30,766 nt of DNA from a virus (IMGVR_UViG_3300043184_000212:1-30766); one strand, 5' to 3'. Numbered from the stretch's first letter, positions 10,074 to 18,382 are shown. A program made the numbers and translations. Notes: generated by a model from the letters alone, not told the origin.

Positions 10074-10270
10074 TGATTCAATTTTTTGTAAAATTTAACA
10101 TTTTCTTGCTCGGCTTCCATTTTCCGAAGGCGCAAAATATGCCCCACTTTTCTGGCTAGGGCAGTATCTGTGAGCCCCGATGCATCCCGCCCCGTGTAGT
10201 ACTCAACTACTGTTTCCATGAACCCGAACAGATCATCCGGGTCTTTCTCTGCATCGGCTATCTCTTTACC
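10070..10270 (-). CDS. -1 frameshift extension of tail assembly chaperone (GT-type), missing from ORF track
   Basis: Open -1 frame from GGTAAAG (10264-10270): KEIADAEKDPDDLFGFMETVVEYYTGRDASGLTDTALARKVGHILRLRKMEAEQENVKFYKKLNQ*, stop overlapping tape-measure ATG. Confidence 0.75.
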   Translation of the reverse strand, partial: GKEIADAEKDPDDLFGFMETVVEYYTGRDASGLTDTALARKVGHILRLRKMEAEQENVKFYKKLNQ

Positions 10271-10668
10271 AGCTGTACCTTTCGGCGTTCAATCACGTTG
10301 TTAAATGTGTTTGCTGCCGGTATAAAAAACTCATCGTCATCCAGAATCTCTGTATCTCCTTCAATGAAGCATTCCCGCATGGCCGATTCCAAAAAAGCGT
10401 AGAGCCCTCCTTCAGTCATCTTAGTGGCGGCATAGCTTAGTATGTGCCTGGTAATAGGTCTAAAAACTGCCAGCTTTAAAATATTGCCCTCGTCGTCTAG
10501 TACGGGTAGATAAAAGAGGCCCTTATTTAAATTGCTCCATTGTATAACCTGCTCCTCTCCATACCGTTCATGCACCAATGTTTCACACTGGTCACGTAGG
10601 GCTTTATTATATTGCTCAAGCTCTTTTTTTTGAATAGTTTTTAAGTCGTCAAATTTTTTTTTATCCAT
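10258..10668 (-). CDS. Tail assembly chaperone (G-type)
   Basis: Between tube and tape measure; acidic, CFIEGDTEILDDDEFF; ends at slippery G GTA AAG. Confidence 0.8.
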   Translation of the reverse strand: MDKKKFDDLKTIQKKELEQYNKALRDQCETLVHERYGEEQVIQWSNLNKGLFYLPVLDDEGNILKLAVFRPITRHILSYAATKMTEGGLYAFLESAMRECFIEGDTEILDDDEFFIPAANTFNNVIERRKVQLVKR

Positions 10669-10675
10669 ATTTTTT

Positions 10676-11116
10676 TTATGTAAGGGTCATTCCGGCGGAA
10701 ATAAATGGCAGTGTAATGGGCGCTTCCTTGGCATTCTGCTGCATAGCCACGCCCATGCTGGTAAATGCAAGTGAAGGCACAATAATGGTTCTGCTGGGTG
10801 ATGTGAGAGTTTTTTTAAAGACACACACAATGTTAATAAGGGTATGTGGCACTTCAAGAATATCGGTATAGCCCGCTAGCCTGGCTGCCTCATTCAGCAT
10901 GTCAACTTCGTACTTGAGCAGGGTTATATTACCGCTAACGGACTGATTTCCTTCTTGAATGTCAATAGCTTTATCGCCGGAGGCGAACAGGAGCTCCTTT
11001 TCTATGCTTTTTTCAAAACTAAACCCTTTGGCCCCGGTAATGGTTCGGCCTAGGCACACTAATTTGGTATGCTTCCAGGCACATTCGTCCGTTGTGAATA
11101 TTTGCGCTGCTGGCAT
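10676..11116 (-). CDS. Tail tube protein
   Basis: 146 aa after sheath; GRTITG..GFSFEKSIEKELLFASG..AIDIQEGN.SVSGNITL. Confidence 0.8.
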   Translation of the reverse strand: MPAAQIFTTDECAWKHTKLVCLGRTITGAKGFSFEKSIEKELLFASGDKAIDIQEGNQSVSGNITLLKYEVDMLNEAARLAGYTDILEVPHTLINIVCVFKKTLTSPSRTIIVPSLAFTSMGVAMQQNAKEAPITLPFISAGMTLT

Positions 11117-11132
11117 CTGTTCAATTTTATTT

Positions 11133-12272
11133 TTAGTTGCTTAATCCTATTGTAACATCTATATCGCTGGTATATCCGAGCGGCGTCATATTTAGGCGCA
11201 CCCCTAGCTTTCCTGTGCTAACAATGTTTTGGTCTGGTTCAACCACTACATCAAGTGTGCTAATCTGCTCTGCCATATTAACATTTATCTGTTGTGTAAT
11301 CTGGCCTTTTAGGTCAAATAGGCTTTCTTCCGATATTCTGCCCGATGAGTCCACTGTTACTTCACCCTGTATGCGGTTCACAAAGACCAAGGCGGCAATA
11401 ACTGCGGCTTTATCCACCACTCGTCCATTGCTTAAAAATCGGTAATCTCCCGTATTACACATATTATCTTTGCCTAGGTACACCCCCGCCTTTTGTGGAT
11501 GCGTCATAAAGCTGATGTATCCCTTTTCGTGCAGGCTTTCTAAATTAAGCATTTCGCTTACTTTTTTAGAGCCTATGTACGCATTAGCCATTACCATTGG
11601 CCCGTTGGCCACCTTGCCCAATTTAATGTGCGCACCATACCTTACAGCCCGTCCCAATACTGCGCCTACACTGGCAGTATGGCCAGGAACACTGCCGCCC
11701 AACACGACGCCTGTATAATTATTGCCAGCAGTTTTGGGTTCGTAGATTGTTGCGCTTGTTTCATCGCTGATTCTTCCTTCAATCATTATGCGAAGTGGTC
11801 TTAATTCTGCCAGCCTCTTTTCTGCAAACACTTTGCCCGCAGTTACTGCCGTGGGCACATCGGCGTCTATAAAAGCAGTACTAGCATCATAGCCGATGGG
11901 TGGCCTTCTATACACAGCAAGTAGCCTGATTTTGCCTCCGGCAGCTTGTATGAGTTTTTGGGCTCCATCTGGATTGCTGTCTGTCAGCATGTCAGTCATG
12001 GTAGCCGTATCGTCCAGACCCAAGACCCATAACTCCTGGTTGCCGCCTACTTGTGCGTAAAATTCGGCTAGGTGTCGGTGCATATCTGCTTCAGCAGTAG
12101 CTGTATACCCCTGCGCCTCCGCATCTGGCAGGCTATAAACTGTTTTTACTACCCCTTTTAGGCTAAGGGTCTGCACCGTACCCACAATGGCGCCTATGCC
12201 ATCAATAACGGCGGCATTTGCTAATAGATTCCCGTCGGAAAAGAGTACGGTGACTTTAGGTAGTGCTGACAT
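11133..12272 (-). CDS. Tail sheath protein (DUF2586-like)
   Basis: LPKVTV.F.DGNL start, ASVGAVLGR, LHEKGYI, RVVDKA, C-terminal PLGY...IDVTIG. Confidence 0.85.
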   Translation of the reverse strand: MSALPKVTVLFSDGNLLANAAVIDGIGAIVGTVQTLSLKGVVKTVYSLPDAEAQGYTATAEADMHRHLAEFYAQVGGNQELWVLGLDDTATMTDMLTDSNPDGAQKLIQAAGGKIRLLAVYRRPPIGYDASTAFIDADVPTAVTAGKVFAEKRLAELRPLRIMIEGRISDETSATIYEPKTAGNNYTGVVLGGSVPGHTASVGAVLGRAVRYGAHIKLGKVANGPMVMANAYIGSKKVSEMLNLESLHEKGYISFMTHPQKAGVYLGKDNMCNTGDYRFLSNGRVVDKAAVIAALVFVNRIQGEVTVDSSGRISEESLFDLKGQITQQINVNMAEQISTLDVVVEPDQNIVSTGKLGVRLNMTPLGYTSDIDVTIGLSN

Positions 12273-12490
12273 TGAGATTTAATTTAGAATTATCTATATC
12301 CGTTACTTGCTGTTTTGAACTAGGGTCTGTAATGGCCGGATTGTTGTGTACGGTCACTGTCTGATTTGCATGCCGCTCAACCCACTTTTTTTGCAGCGTC
12401 AATGGTAGGGTGTATTACTCCATCGTAGGTCTCGAAACACTGTTTGTTTTTGGGATGCAGTTCAAACCAATTTTTAATATTGTATGTCAT
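12256..12490 (-). pseudogene. Small pre-sheath protein split by an A7 run (frameshifted or slippage-expressed)
   Basis: ATG 12490 gives MTYNIKNWFELHPKNKQCFETYDGVIHPTIDAAKKVG*; removing one A from the run at 12386-12392 continues WVERHANQTVTVHNNP... to TAA at 12256. Confidence 0.55.
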
Positions 12491-12492
12491 TG

Positions 12493-12924
12493 TTATTGAA
12501 TTGTGATCCACGCATCTTCGCCAGCGGCGAGGGCGGTCTCTATTTTTGCAAATAATTTATCAAAGGCCTTCTTGCTATTGGCCACCCAATCTATTGTGCG
12601 AGCCTCACCGGGTAGCAGGCAACCACTTGTATTGGCATCTGAATTACCCATATGTATACGAATACCTTCATAACCTGGTACATTTAACAGCAACGGCAGC
12701 TTTCGTTTAAACCTGAGACTATGATTGATGATTATTTTATACTGCCCTGCCGGAATGCAGGTCTGATGTTTTATTTTGCGTTCAAGAACCTCGGCGTCTG
12801 GCATGCCCTCTTTGAGCCCCCTATCAACATCTTCGAGGATGAAGCACTCGAAATGGCCATTTACATAGAGCTTTCCAGTGGTACTCTTTACCGTCCGAAT
12901 GTCTCTGTCTAAGTATAGGTTCAT
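12493..12924 (-). CDS. DUF5675-family putative endolysin (L,D-transpeptidase-like H..N...GC motif)
   Basis: STTGKLYVNG.F.CFILED, TCIPAGQY, GIRIHMGN....TSGCLLPG; next to holin-like genes. Confidence 0.8.
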   Translation of the reverse strand: MNLYLDRDIRTVKSTTGKLYVNGHFECFILEDVDRGLKEGMPDAEVLERKIKHQTCIPAGQYKIIINHSLRFKRKLPLLLNVPGYEGIRIHMGNSDANTSGCLLPGEARTIDWVANSKKAFDKLFAKIETALAAGEDAWITIQ

Positions 12925-13091
12925 TGTGCGTCTTTTGAATTAACACCAATCCAAGTAGCCGCTATGCCAATTAATGTAATGCCAATATTTGTATCTGCCA
13001 TAAAGGTTACAATTATACCAGCCACGGCTATGAGTGCCCCCAGCGTTGTACGTGGGCTGCCAAACCACTTGTTTAAGTCGTTTTTTTTCAT
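12921..13091 (-). CDS. Putative holin, 56 aa, two TM segments (missing from ORF track)
   Basis: MKKNDLNKWFGSPRTTLGALIAVAGIIVTFMADTNIGITLIGIAATWIGVNSKDAQ*; stop overlaps endolysin ATG (ATGA). Confidence 0.7.
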   Translation of the reverse strand: MKKNDLNKWFGSPRTTLGALIAVAGIIVTFMADTNIGITLIGIAATWIGVNSKDAQ

Positions 13092-13156
13092 CTCACCTTT
13101 TTTGATTTTTTTTGTTGAACTCGTTTTTTTTCATCTCACCTTTTTTGAATTTATTT
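13071..13156. repeat. Imperfect 43-bp tandem duplication with perfect 28-bp core
   Basis: tcgttttttttcatctcaccttttttga at 13078-13105 and 13121-13148. Confidence 0.9.
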
Positions 13157-13403
13157 GGTCTTCCTTCCTGGCTGCGTATGTTGAGATGACCGACTGGTAG
13201 AAACCTTTTAACTCGGCCTGCTCATTCTGCAGTGTACTAATCTGCTGTGATTGTACTGCATCGCTGGTTACAACCGTATTTAGCACATCATTCATTTTGG
13301 AAAGATAGTTAACCGAAAGCGTTCCAAAAAAAGTGAGCAGCCCTACTATCACGCTCAAGAGCATGTTAACCACATGACTATTTTTTAATTCTGTATACGA
13401 CAT
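13131..13403 (-). CDS. Single-TM coiled-coil lysis-module protein (holin/antiholin/i-spanin-like, unresolved)
   Basis: TM MLLSVIVGLLTFFGTLSV followed by heptad-like helix; first gene of lysis cassette. Confidence 0.55.
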   Translation of the reverse strand: MSYTELKNSHVVNMLLSVIVGLLTFFGTLSVNYLSKMNDVLNTVVTSDAVQSQQISTLQNEQAELKGFYQSVISTYAARKEDQINSKKVR

Positions 13404-13414
13404 GGCTCTTATTT

Positions 13415-13446
13415 GGCCCGCCCTTTACCACAGCATCGGGCAGGCC
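13415..13446 (-). other. GC-rich stem-loop downstream of capsid gene (no U-tract; likely mRNA stability/processing)
   Basis: GGCCTGCCC...GGGCGGGCC pairs fully with one G-U on the minus-strand RNA. Confidence 0.55.
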
Positions 13447-13463
13447 CTCTATTGTATTATTGC

Positions 13464-14534
13464 TTATGTACCTATGGCCTCCACTACTGCATACACACCT
13501 GGGGTGCGGCGAATACGCCCCCCCATTCTGATTACGGCGCTGAATATATCGCCGTAGTATATGGCTTGGCCAGGGTTATCAAACACCTCTATGTCACCAA
13601 CCGCACGCTCCACACTGTCTGGATTAAAGAACAGGCTTGCTGCGCTGTCTCCAGTACCAGCAGCAAAGCTGACCTGTTCGTCAATTATTGTCCAGACACC
13701 GGCTACTTTTCGATAACGAAGAACAGTGCTGCGCATCATAATATCTATACCTAGATATCGGCCAATGATGCCACTAGACATGTCCACCACGCGGCCTACA
13801 TCTGCTCTTTCAGCATCGGACAGGCTATCTATTAATTGATAATAATGATTAGCCGTTAACAATGCACATTTAGGAGCGGCCCCCAAGTTATTGTTGGCGA
13901 ATTTTTTTGCTACCTTCTTAAACTCGTCTTTTGTGAATAACTTTCTTGTTCCGGTGGCTGTGCCGTCTATCAAATCTGTGCTGCTGCTCGCACCTGTGGT
14001 CTCAATTACATTGGCGGCTGCCGGCCCCCATCGGTACAAGAGCCCATTCATAGCTTCCTGGATTAGCTGACGCTCGTCTTCACCCACAACGCTCTGTCGC
14101 ATGTCGTAGCTTAGTTCGTATTTTTCAATGTTCTGTATTTGGCGCGGTATGCTGTAATACGTGTCTATGCTGTATACAACTTCATTGTCAGCCCTGCTGA
14201 CCGCTGCCTGCGGAAAGATGGTAAGGTTCTTTTTTACTTCTGACGGCGCTTCCGCAACAGGTATGTGAACTACCTTACCCGATAGCACAAAGCTGTCAGC
14301 ATTATACGCTTTTTCCGCAAACTTGTTATCTTTAAAAAGGTTGCCAATAATATCTGCCGACCATATTTCTTTTTGAAGCGCCATTAAAGCAACGCCCTTT
14401 GGTTTTACAATGCCCGAAACAAAGACCAAGGCCACAAACATCCACATCGGATGAGTGTTTAAGATTGGTGAAATTAGCGTGGCTGACGCCATAATAAAAA
14501 TTATTGAAAATAATACATTGAGAAAGGTTTTCAT
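13464..14534 (-). CDS. Major capsid protein with ~50-aa hydrophobic N-terminal extension
   Basis: Follows protease/scaffold; LQKEIW..DI..NLF, GKVVHIP, ELSYDMRQSV, GRYLGIDIMMRS, YYGDIFS..IRMGG.IRR. Confidence 0.8.
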   Translation of the reverse strand: MKTFLNVLFSIIFIMASATLISPILNTHPMWMFVALVFVSGIVKPKGVALMALQKEIWSADIIGNLFKDNKFAEKAYNADSFVLSGKVVHIPVAEAPSEVKKNLTIFPQAAVSRADNEVVYSIDTYYSIPRQIQNIEKYELSYDMRQSVVGEDERQLIQEAMNGLLYRWGPAAANVIETTGASSSTDLIDGTATGTRKLFTKDEFKKVAKKFANNNLGAAPKCALLTANHYYQLIDSLSDAERADVGRVVDMSSGIIGRYLGIDIMMRSTVLRYRKVAGVWTIIDEQVSFAAGTGDSAASLFFNPDSVERAVGDIEVFDNPGQAIYYGDIFSAVIRMGGRIRRTPGVYAVVEAIGT

Positions 14535-14573
14535 GTCTTTTTTTTCTTTAAAATATATGAGAGAATATACTGT

Positions 14574-15101
14574 TTATCTGCTACTCGCCCTCACGGTATA
14601 TTCTTTATTAAAACGTTTTTTAAATAACTCTTTAAAAGCATTGAGGTCGGTTGCTTTTAGCTCAGGCAACAAGCCCTGTCTGTCTAATTCATCCCAACCT
14701 TTTGCCACCAACTCGTCTACGCGCCCTGTCTGCTGTCCAATCATACCATTAAATGAGACGTACACAGGAAGGTTATCAATCAGTTCTTTCAAACCATCTG
14801 GGTTCTCTGCATACTGCACCGCCAGTTGTGCCCCGGTTTTAACGGATAGTTTTTTTTCTTTTATAGCCGTATCCACCAAGTCTTTTACCTGCTGTTCTAC
14901 GGCCTTCTTTTTAAAATCGACCAGCTCTGCGTCTGAAGTTGATTTGGCTTGTTTAGCCGCCACCAGTTCTTTTTCCAAATTCGACGCTCTGGCCGCCTTA
15001 GAAATGAGATCATTAAGTGCTGCTGAAACCGCGGCCGCATCACTGTCGTCACGAAGGTTTAGCAAGCCCATCTGCTCGGTATTGAGTGTTATTGGCTTCA
15101 T
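14574..15101 (-). CDS. Probable nested in-frame scaffolding protein (Met171)
   Basis: In-frame ATG right after protease domain, preceded by A-rich acataaatacaacaaattcaca; analogous to Mu I/Z and lambda C/Nu3. Confidence 0.5.
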   Translation of the reverse strand: MKPITLNTEQMGLLNLRDDSDAAAVSAALNDLISKAARASNLEKELVAAKQAKSTSDAELVDFKKKAVEQQVKDLVDTAIKEKKLSVKTGAQLAVQYAENPDGLKELIDNLPVYVSFNGMIGQQTGRVDELVAKGWDELDRQGLLPELKATDLNAFKELFKKRFNKEYTVRASSR

Positions 15102-15611
15102 TGTGAATTTGTTGTATTTATGTGAAAGATTTAAAAGATTAAGGGGGTTGTTATTAGCATCGAACAGTTCTGAGAGGGCATTATAGTTGCCTGGTATGTC
15201 TACGAGGCTGATTTCCTGGTTGTACCACTTGCTGACGGTCGGGCCCGTCTGCCCCGGTAGGTAATCATGTGGTTTTTCGCTAAATTCCAGCGCAATAATT
15301 CTACCTACACTGGCCGCATTCAGGAAGCCGTTTTCAATTTCCACTACGGTGCGTTCACCACGGGGGTGGCTCAAATTGATGCAAGGTGTGGCATATACAC
15401 GATCTTGATCTACACGAAAGTCAACCCACCGTATTAATACGCCGGCTTCACGAGGAAATTCTGGCGTGCCATGCATGTAGAATCCTATCGGATTTTTTTG
15501 GTACCTGTCCATAAGGTAGCCGGTAGTCAGCAGGCGGTACTTGTAGCAATTCAGTGTACTGTCAGTAACCAAGTACTCTTTTGTCATTTTTTTATAGCCG
15601 CCGTCTGCCAT
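14574..15611 (-). CDS. Prohead protease with C-terminal scaffold domain (Mu gpI-like organisation)
   Basis: NPIGFYMH, GFLNAASVG, EISLVDIPGN.NAL HK97-type protease motifs; coiled-coil C-half. Confidence 0.85.
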   Translation of the reverse strand: MADGGYKKMTKEYLVTDSTLNCYKYRLLTTGYLMDRYQKNPIGFYMHGTPEFPREAGVLIRWVDFRVDQDRVYATPCINLSHPRGERTVVEIENGFLNAASVGRIIALEFSEKPHDYLPGQTGPTVSKWYNQEISLVDIPGNYNALSELFDANNNPLNLLNLSHKYNKFTMKPITLNTEQMGLLNLRDDSDAAAVSAALNDLISKAARASNLEKELVAAKQAKSTSDAELVDFKKKAVEQQVKDLVDTAIKEKKLSVKTGAQLAVQYAENPDGLKELIDNLPVYVSFNGMIGQQTGRVDELVAKGWDELDRQGLLPELKATDLNAFKELFKKRFNKEYTVRASSR

Positions 15612-15833
15612 ACTAAAATAATTATCAATTTAACCCAGCTCGGAGCTGTGTGTTGATATTGGGGTGCAAATTGCAGTACGCTGAAATCTTTGCCAAATAT
15701 AGATTTAGCAAAGAATCAAGCAGGTGTATTGATAACCAAATAAAATAGCAACGAATCAGACAATGTGTTCCTTAGTGGTTTTGAAAACTTGCCAGCAGCA
15801 GGGTATAGACACAACTTTGCGTAAAGCAAAGCA
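15612..15833. promoter_or_regulatory. Divergent late promoter region
   Basis: Minus: TTTG(15694-97)-N19-GCAATTTG(15667-74); plus: CTTG(15788-91)-N20-CAACTTTG(15812-19); both resemble Bacteroidota TTTG-N19-21-TAnnTTTG; central direct repeat TAGCAAmGAATCA. Confidence 0.6.
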
Positions 15834-16292
15834 ATGGCGACAACGGGCGTAACAATGGCCGACAAGCAGTATATGGCTAAGATACTTTTCACCAGAGAAA
15901 AACTGGAACAAAAAGTGATTGCTCATAAAGTAGGGGTAAGTGAAAAGACCATTAGTAAATGGGTGAATGATTTTAACTGGCGCAATCTGAGAAACCGTTT
16001 GCTTGTAGGCAAGGAACAGATATTGAATGGGCTGTATGAAGAGCTTGAGGAGATGCAGAAAAATCTTTCAGAGAAAGAAGTGGGCAATCGGTACAGCGAT
16101 AGCAAAACAGCCGATGCAAAACTGAAATTAACTGCGGCCATAAGAAATTTAGAAACCGACCTGGCAATTGCCGACCTCGTGGAAAGCGGAATTAGGTTTA
16201 TACGACACCTCCAGGTAGAGTGCACCCATGAGGAAGTATTACACTTCAGCGAATTGTGGAATGGCTTTATCCTTCAATCCATGCGAAAATGA
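15834..16292 (+). CDS. Terminase small subunit-like HTH protein (DUF1804-like)
   Basis: QKVIAHKVGVSEKTISKWV HTH; directly upstream of and ATGA-coupled to TerL. Confidence 0.75.
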   Translation: MATTGVTMADKQYMAKILFTREKLEQKVIAHKVGVSEKTISKWVNDFNWRNLRNRLLVGKEQILNGLYEELEEMQKNLSEKEVGNRYSDSKTADAKLKLTAAIRNLETDLAIADLVESGIRFIRHLQVECTHEEVLHFSELWNGFILQSMRK

Positions 16293-17860
16293 GTATTGTG
16301 AAGATTGCAACAGCTAATAAATCCAACAAACAAGCCCTGGAGGAATGGGAGGAATTTTTAAAGGGCATCACCGACAGTACGCCGGTTGACACGAAAGAAA
16401 CGCATGAGGCTCGACGAAGACGCATAGCCAGCCTGGAAAAGCCCGGTAATCAGGAAGAATGGTTTGCCTATTATTTTCCAAAATATTGCTTCTGTGAGCC
16501 GGCTGATTTTCATAAACAGAGCAGCCAAAAAGTGTTGAAGAGCAAAAGGCTGTACCAGCGTAGGGCATGGGCCAGGGGGCTGAGCAAGAGTACCCGACGC
16601 ATGTTTGAGGTTTTTTATAAAATTTTCGTTCAAAAAATGCGGGTCAACGCACTGCTCATCAGCAAGAATGAAGATAACGCCATCAGACTGTTGGCTCCAT
16701 ACCGTGCTAACCTAGAAGGCAACCAAAGAATCATTCAGGATTATGGTGTGCAGCGCAAGGCGGGCAGCTGGGCGGAGGAAGAATTTGTAACAAGGAAAGG
16801 ATGCTGCTTTAGGGCCGTAGGCATGGGACAGAACCCCCGAGGAGCCAAACTGGAAGAACTGCGGGTCAATGTTTTAATTTTTGACGACGCAGATGATGAT
16901 GAGGTAGTACTTAATCCTGAAAGGGTGGAAAATGGCTGGAACTGGATAGAACAGGCAGCTATACCAACCGTTGAGATGAGTCGAGATTATTTTATATTTT
17001 TTGACAATAACATCATAGCGGAAGACTGCTATACAGTGCGTGCTGCTCACTATGCAGATGACGTAGAGACAGTCAACTGGCGAAACGAAGTGGGTGAGAG
17101 CACCTGGCCCGAAAAAAATAAAGAGGCCGATATTCAATACCTGGAAACACACATGAGCTGGGAGAGTGTTCAGAAAGAAGGGTATAATAACCCAGTGAGC
17201 CATGGTAAGACGTTTAAAGAGATTACCTACGGTTCCTGCCCGCCTATGCAGAGTCTCTCATTTATGGTCGCCTACGCTGACCCTAGCCCCAGCAACCGAG
17301 ATAAACCAACAGCCAAAAGCAAAGCGCACAACAGTTGTAAAGCGGTGGCCCTATTAGGCTGCGCAAATAACATTTATTACCTATACAATTGCTGGGTAGA
17401 TAATACAACTAACAGCAAATTTATAGACTGGCTTTTTGCCGCACAGAACAGCGTGGGGAAAAAGGCACCGCTTTACATTTATATCGAAAACAACACGCTT
17501 CAGAATCCATTTTACGAACAGGTTCTGCTGCCGATGGTTTTTGAAAAATCAAAGGAATATAGACAACCATTGATGCTTACACCCGATACAACGATCAAGC
17601 CGGATAAATGGACACGGATAGAAGCCACTCTGGAGCCGTTGAATCGTTTGGGCCAACTCATCTTTAACATTGAGCAGAAAGACAACCCTCACATGATGCG
17701 CATGGCCGCGCAGCTTAAAGGAGCCAAGGCCAATAGCAACAATTTAGATGGCCCGGATGCTTTGCAGGGCGGCATTAAAATAATTCAGTCAAAGACGGCC
17801 GTGCTGGTGGCGAGTGATATCAAAGCCCTTCCACGACCGGTCAATAAAAAAAGATACTAA
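16289..17860 (+). CDS. terL: Terminase large subunit (start reassigned to ATG 16289)
   Basis: Walker A-like WARGLSKST, Walker B LIFDD, nuclease YADPS...IENN...DGPDA; ATGA overlap with terS stop. Confidence 0.88.
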   Translation: MSIVKIATANKSNKQALEEWEEFLKGITDSTPVDTKETHEARRRRIASLEKPGNQEEWFAYYFPKYCFCEPADFHKQSSQKVLKSKRLYQRRAWARGLSKSTRRMFEVFYKIFVQKMRVNALLISKNEDNAIRLLAPYRANLEGNQRIIQDYGVQRKAGSWAEEEFVTRKGCCFRAVGMGQNPRGAKLEELRVNVLIFDDADDDEVVLNPERVENGWNWIEQAAIPTVEMSRDYFIFFDNNIIAEDCYTVRAAHYADDVETVNWRNEVGESTWPEKNKEADIQYLETHMSWESVQKEGYNNPVSHGKTFKEITYGSCPPMQSLSFMVAYADPSPSNRDKPTAKSKAHNSCKAVALLGCANNIYYLYNCWVDNTTNSKFIDWLFAAQNSVGKKAPLYIYIENNTLQNPFYEQVLLPMVFEKSKEYRQPLMLTPDTTIKPDKWTRIEATLEPLNRLGQLIFNIEQKDNPHMMRMAAQLKGAKANSNNLDGPDALQGGIKIIQSKTAVLVASDIKALPRPVNKKRY

Positions 17861-17861
17861 T

Positions 17862-18275
17862 ATGCCCCTTCTCATTAAGGCAGATTTAAAAACGCACATC
17901 TACGCTGAGATATTAGAGCAGATAAGCCGCAACGACGATGACCTTATTAACCGTGCCATACTAGCGGGTGAAGCCGAGGTGATTGCATACTTGAACCGGT
18001 ACGATACGGCCAGCATGTTTGTAACAAGCTATGCAGACAATCTGCTACGCCGCATCGTATCAGATGTAGTGTGCTGGCGCATTATTTGTCTGGCTAATCC
18101 GAATATCAGCATTGAACTATTTCGCACCTTATATGAGGATGCCATTAAAACCCTGGAAAAAATACAAAAGGGATCTATCCAGCCATCCTGGCCCTTACGG
18201 CTTGATGACCCTGACACCGCTCTGAATGAGCGGGGCGTGCTGCAATTTCACTCTAACAAAAGGAGAGCGTACTAA
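17862..18275 (+). CDS. Head-tail adaptor (Mu gp36 / DUF1320-like); start reassigned to ATG 17862
   Basis: AEVIAYLNRYD, YEDAIKTLEKIQKG motifs; ATG 1 nt after terL stop. Confidence 0.8.
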   Translation: MPLLIKADLKTHIYAEILEQISRNDDDLINRAILAGEAEVIAYLNRYDTASMFVTSYADNLLRRIVSDVVCWRIICLANPNISIELFRTLYEDAIKTLEKIQKGSIQPSWPLRLDDPDTALNERGVLQFHSNKRRAY

Positions 18276-18276
18276 G

Positions 18277-18381
18277 ATGACCAGTAAAAAAGAGTTAGCA
18301 CAACTACGCCTTATTTATGGAGCTTCTGACAGCTTCTTTTCGGCCATATTACACACCGTTATTTCTTTAACACTAAATTAG
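18277..18381 (+). CDS. Hypothetical 34-aa peptide
   Basis: MTSKKELAQLRLIYGASDSFFSAILHTVISLTLN* fills the gap exactly, 1 nt from each neighbour. Confidence 0.4.
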   Translation: MTSKKELAQLRLIYGASDSFFSAILHTVISLTLN

Positions 18382-18382
18382 G

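Noticed and set aside
1-12272. Tailocin/eCIS/T6SS interpretation of the contractile tail genes
   Set aside because: Contiguous with capsid, portal, terminase and intact transposition genes
13071-13156. CRISPR-like repeat
   Set aside because: Two copies only, with similar rather than unique spacers; a tandem duplication
14455-15186. 243-aa plus-strand ORF
   Set aside because: Antisense shadow of the scaffold and capsid start; Ser/Phe-rich, no motifs
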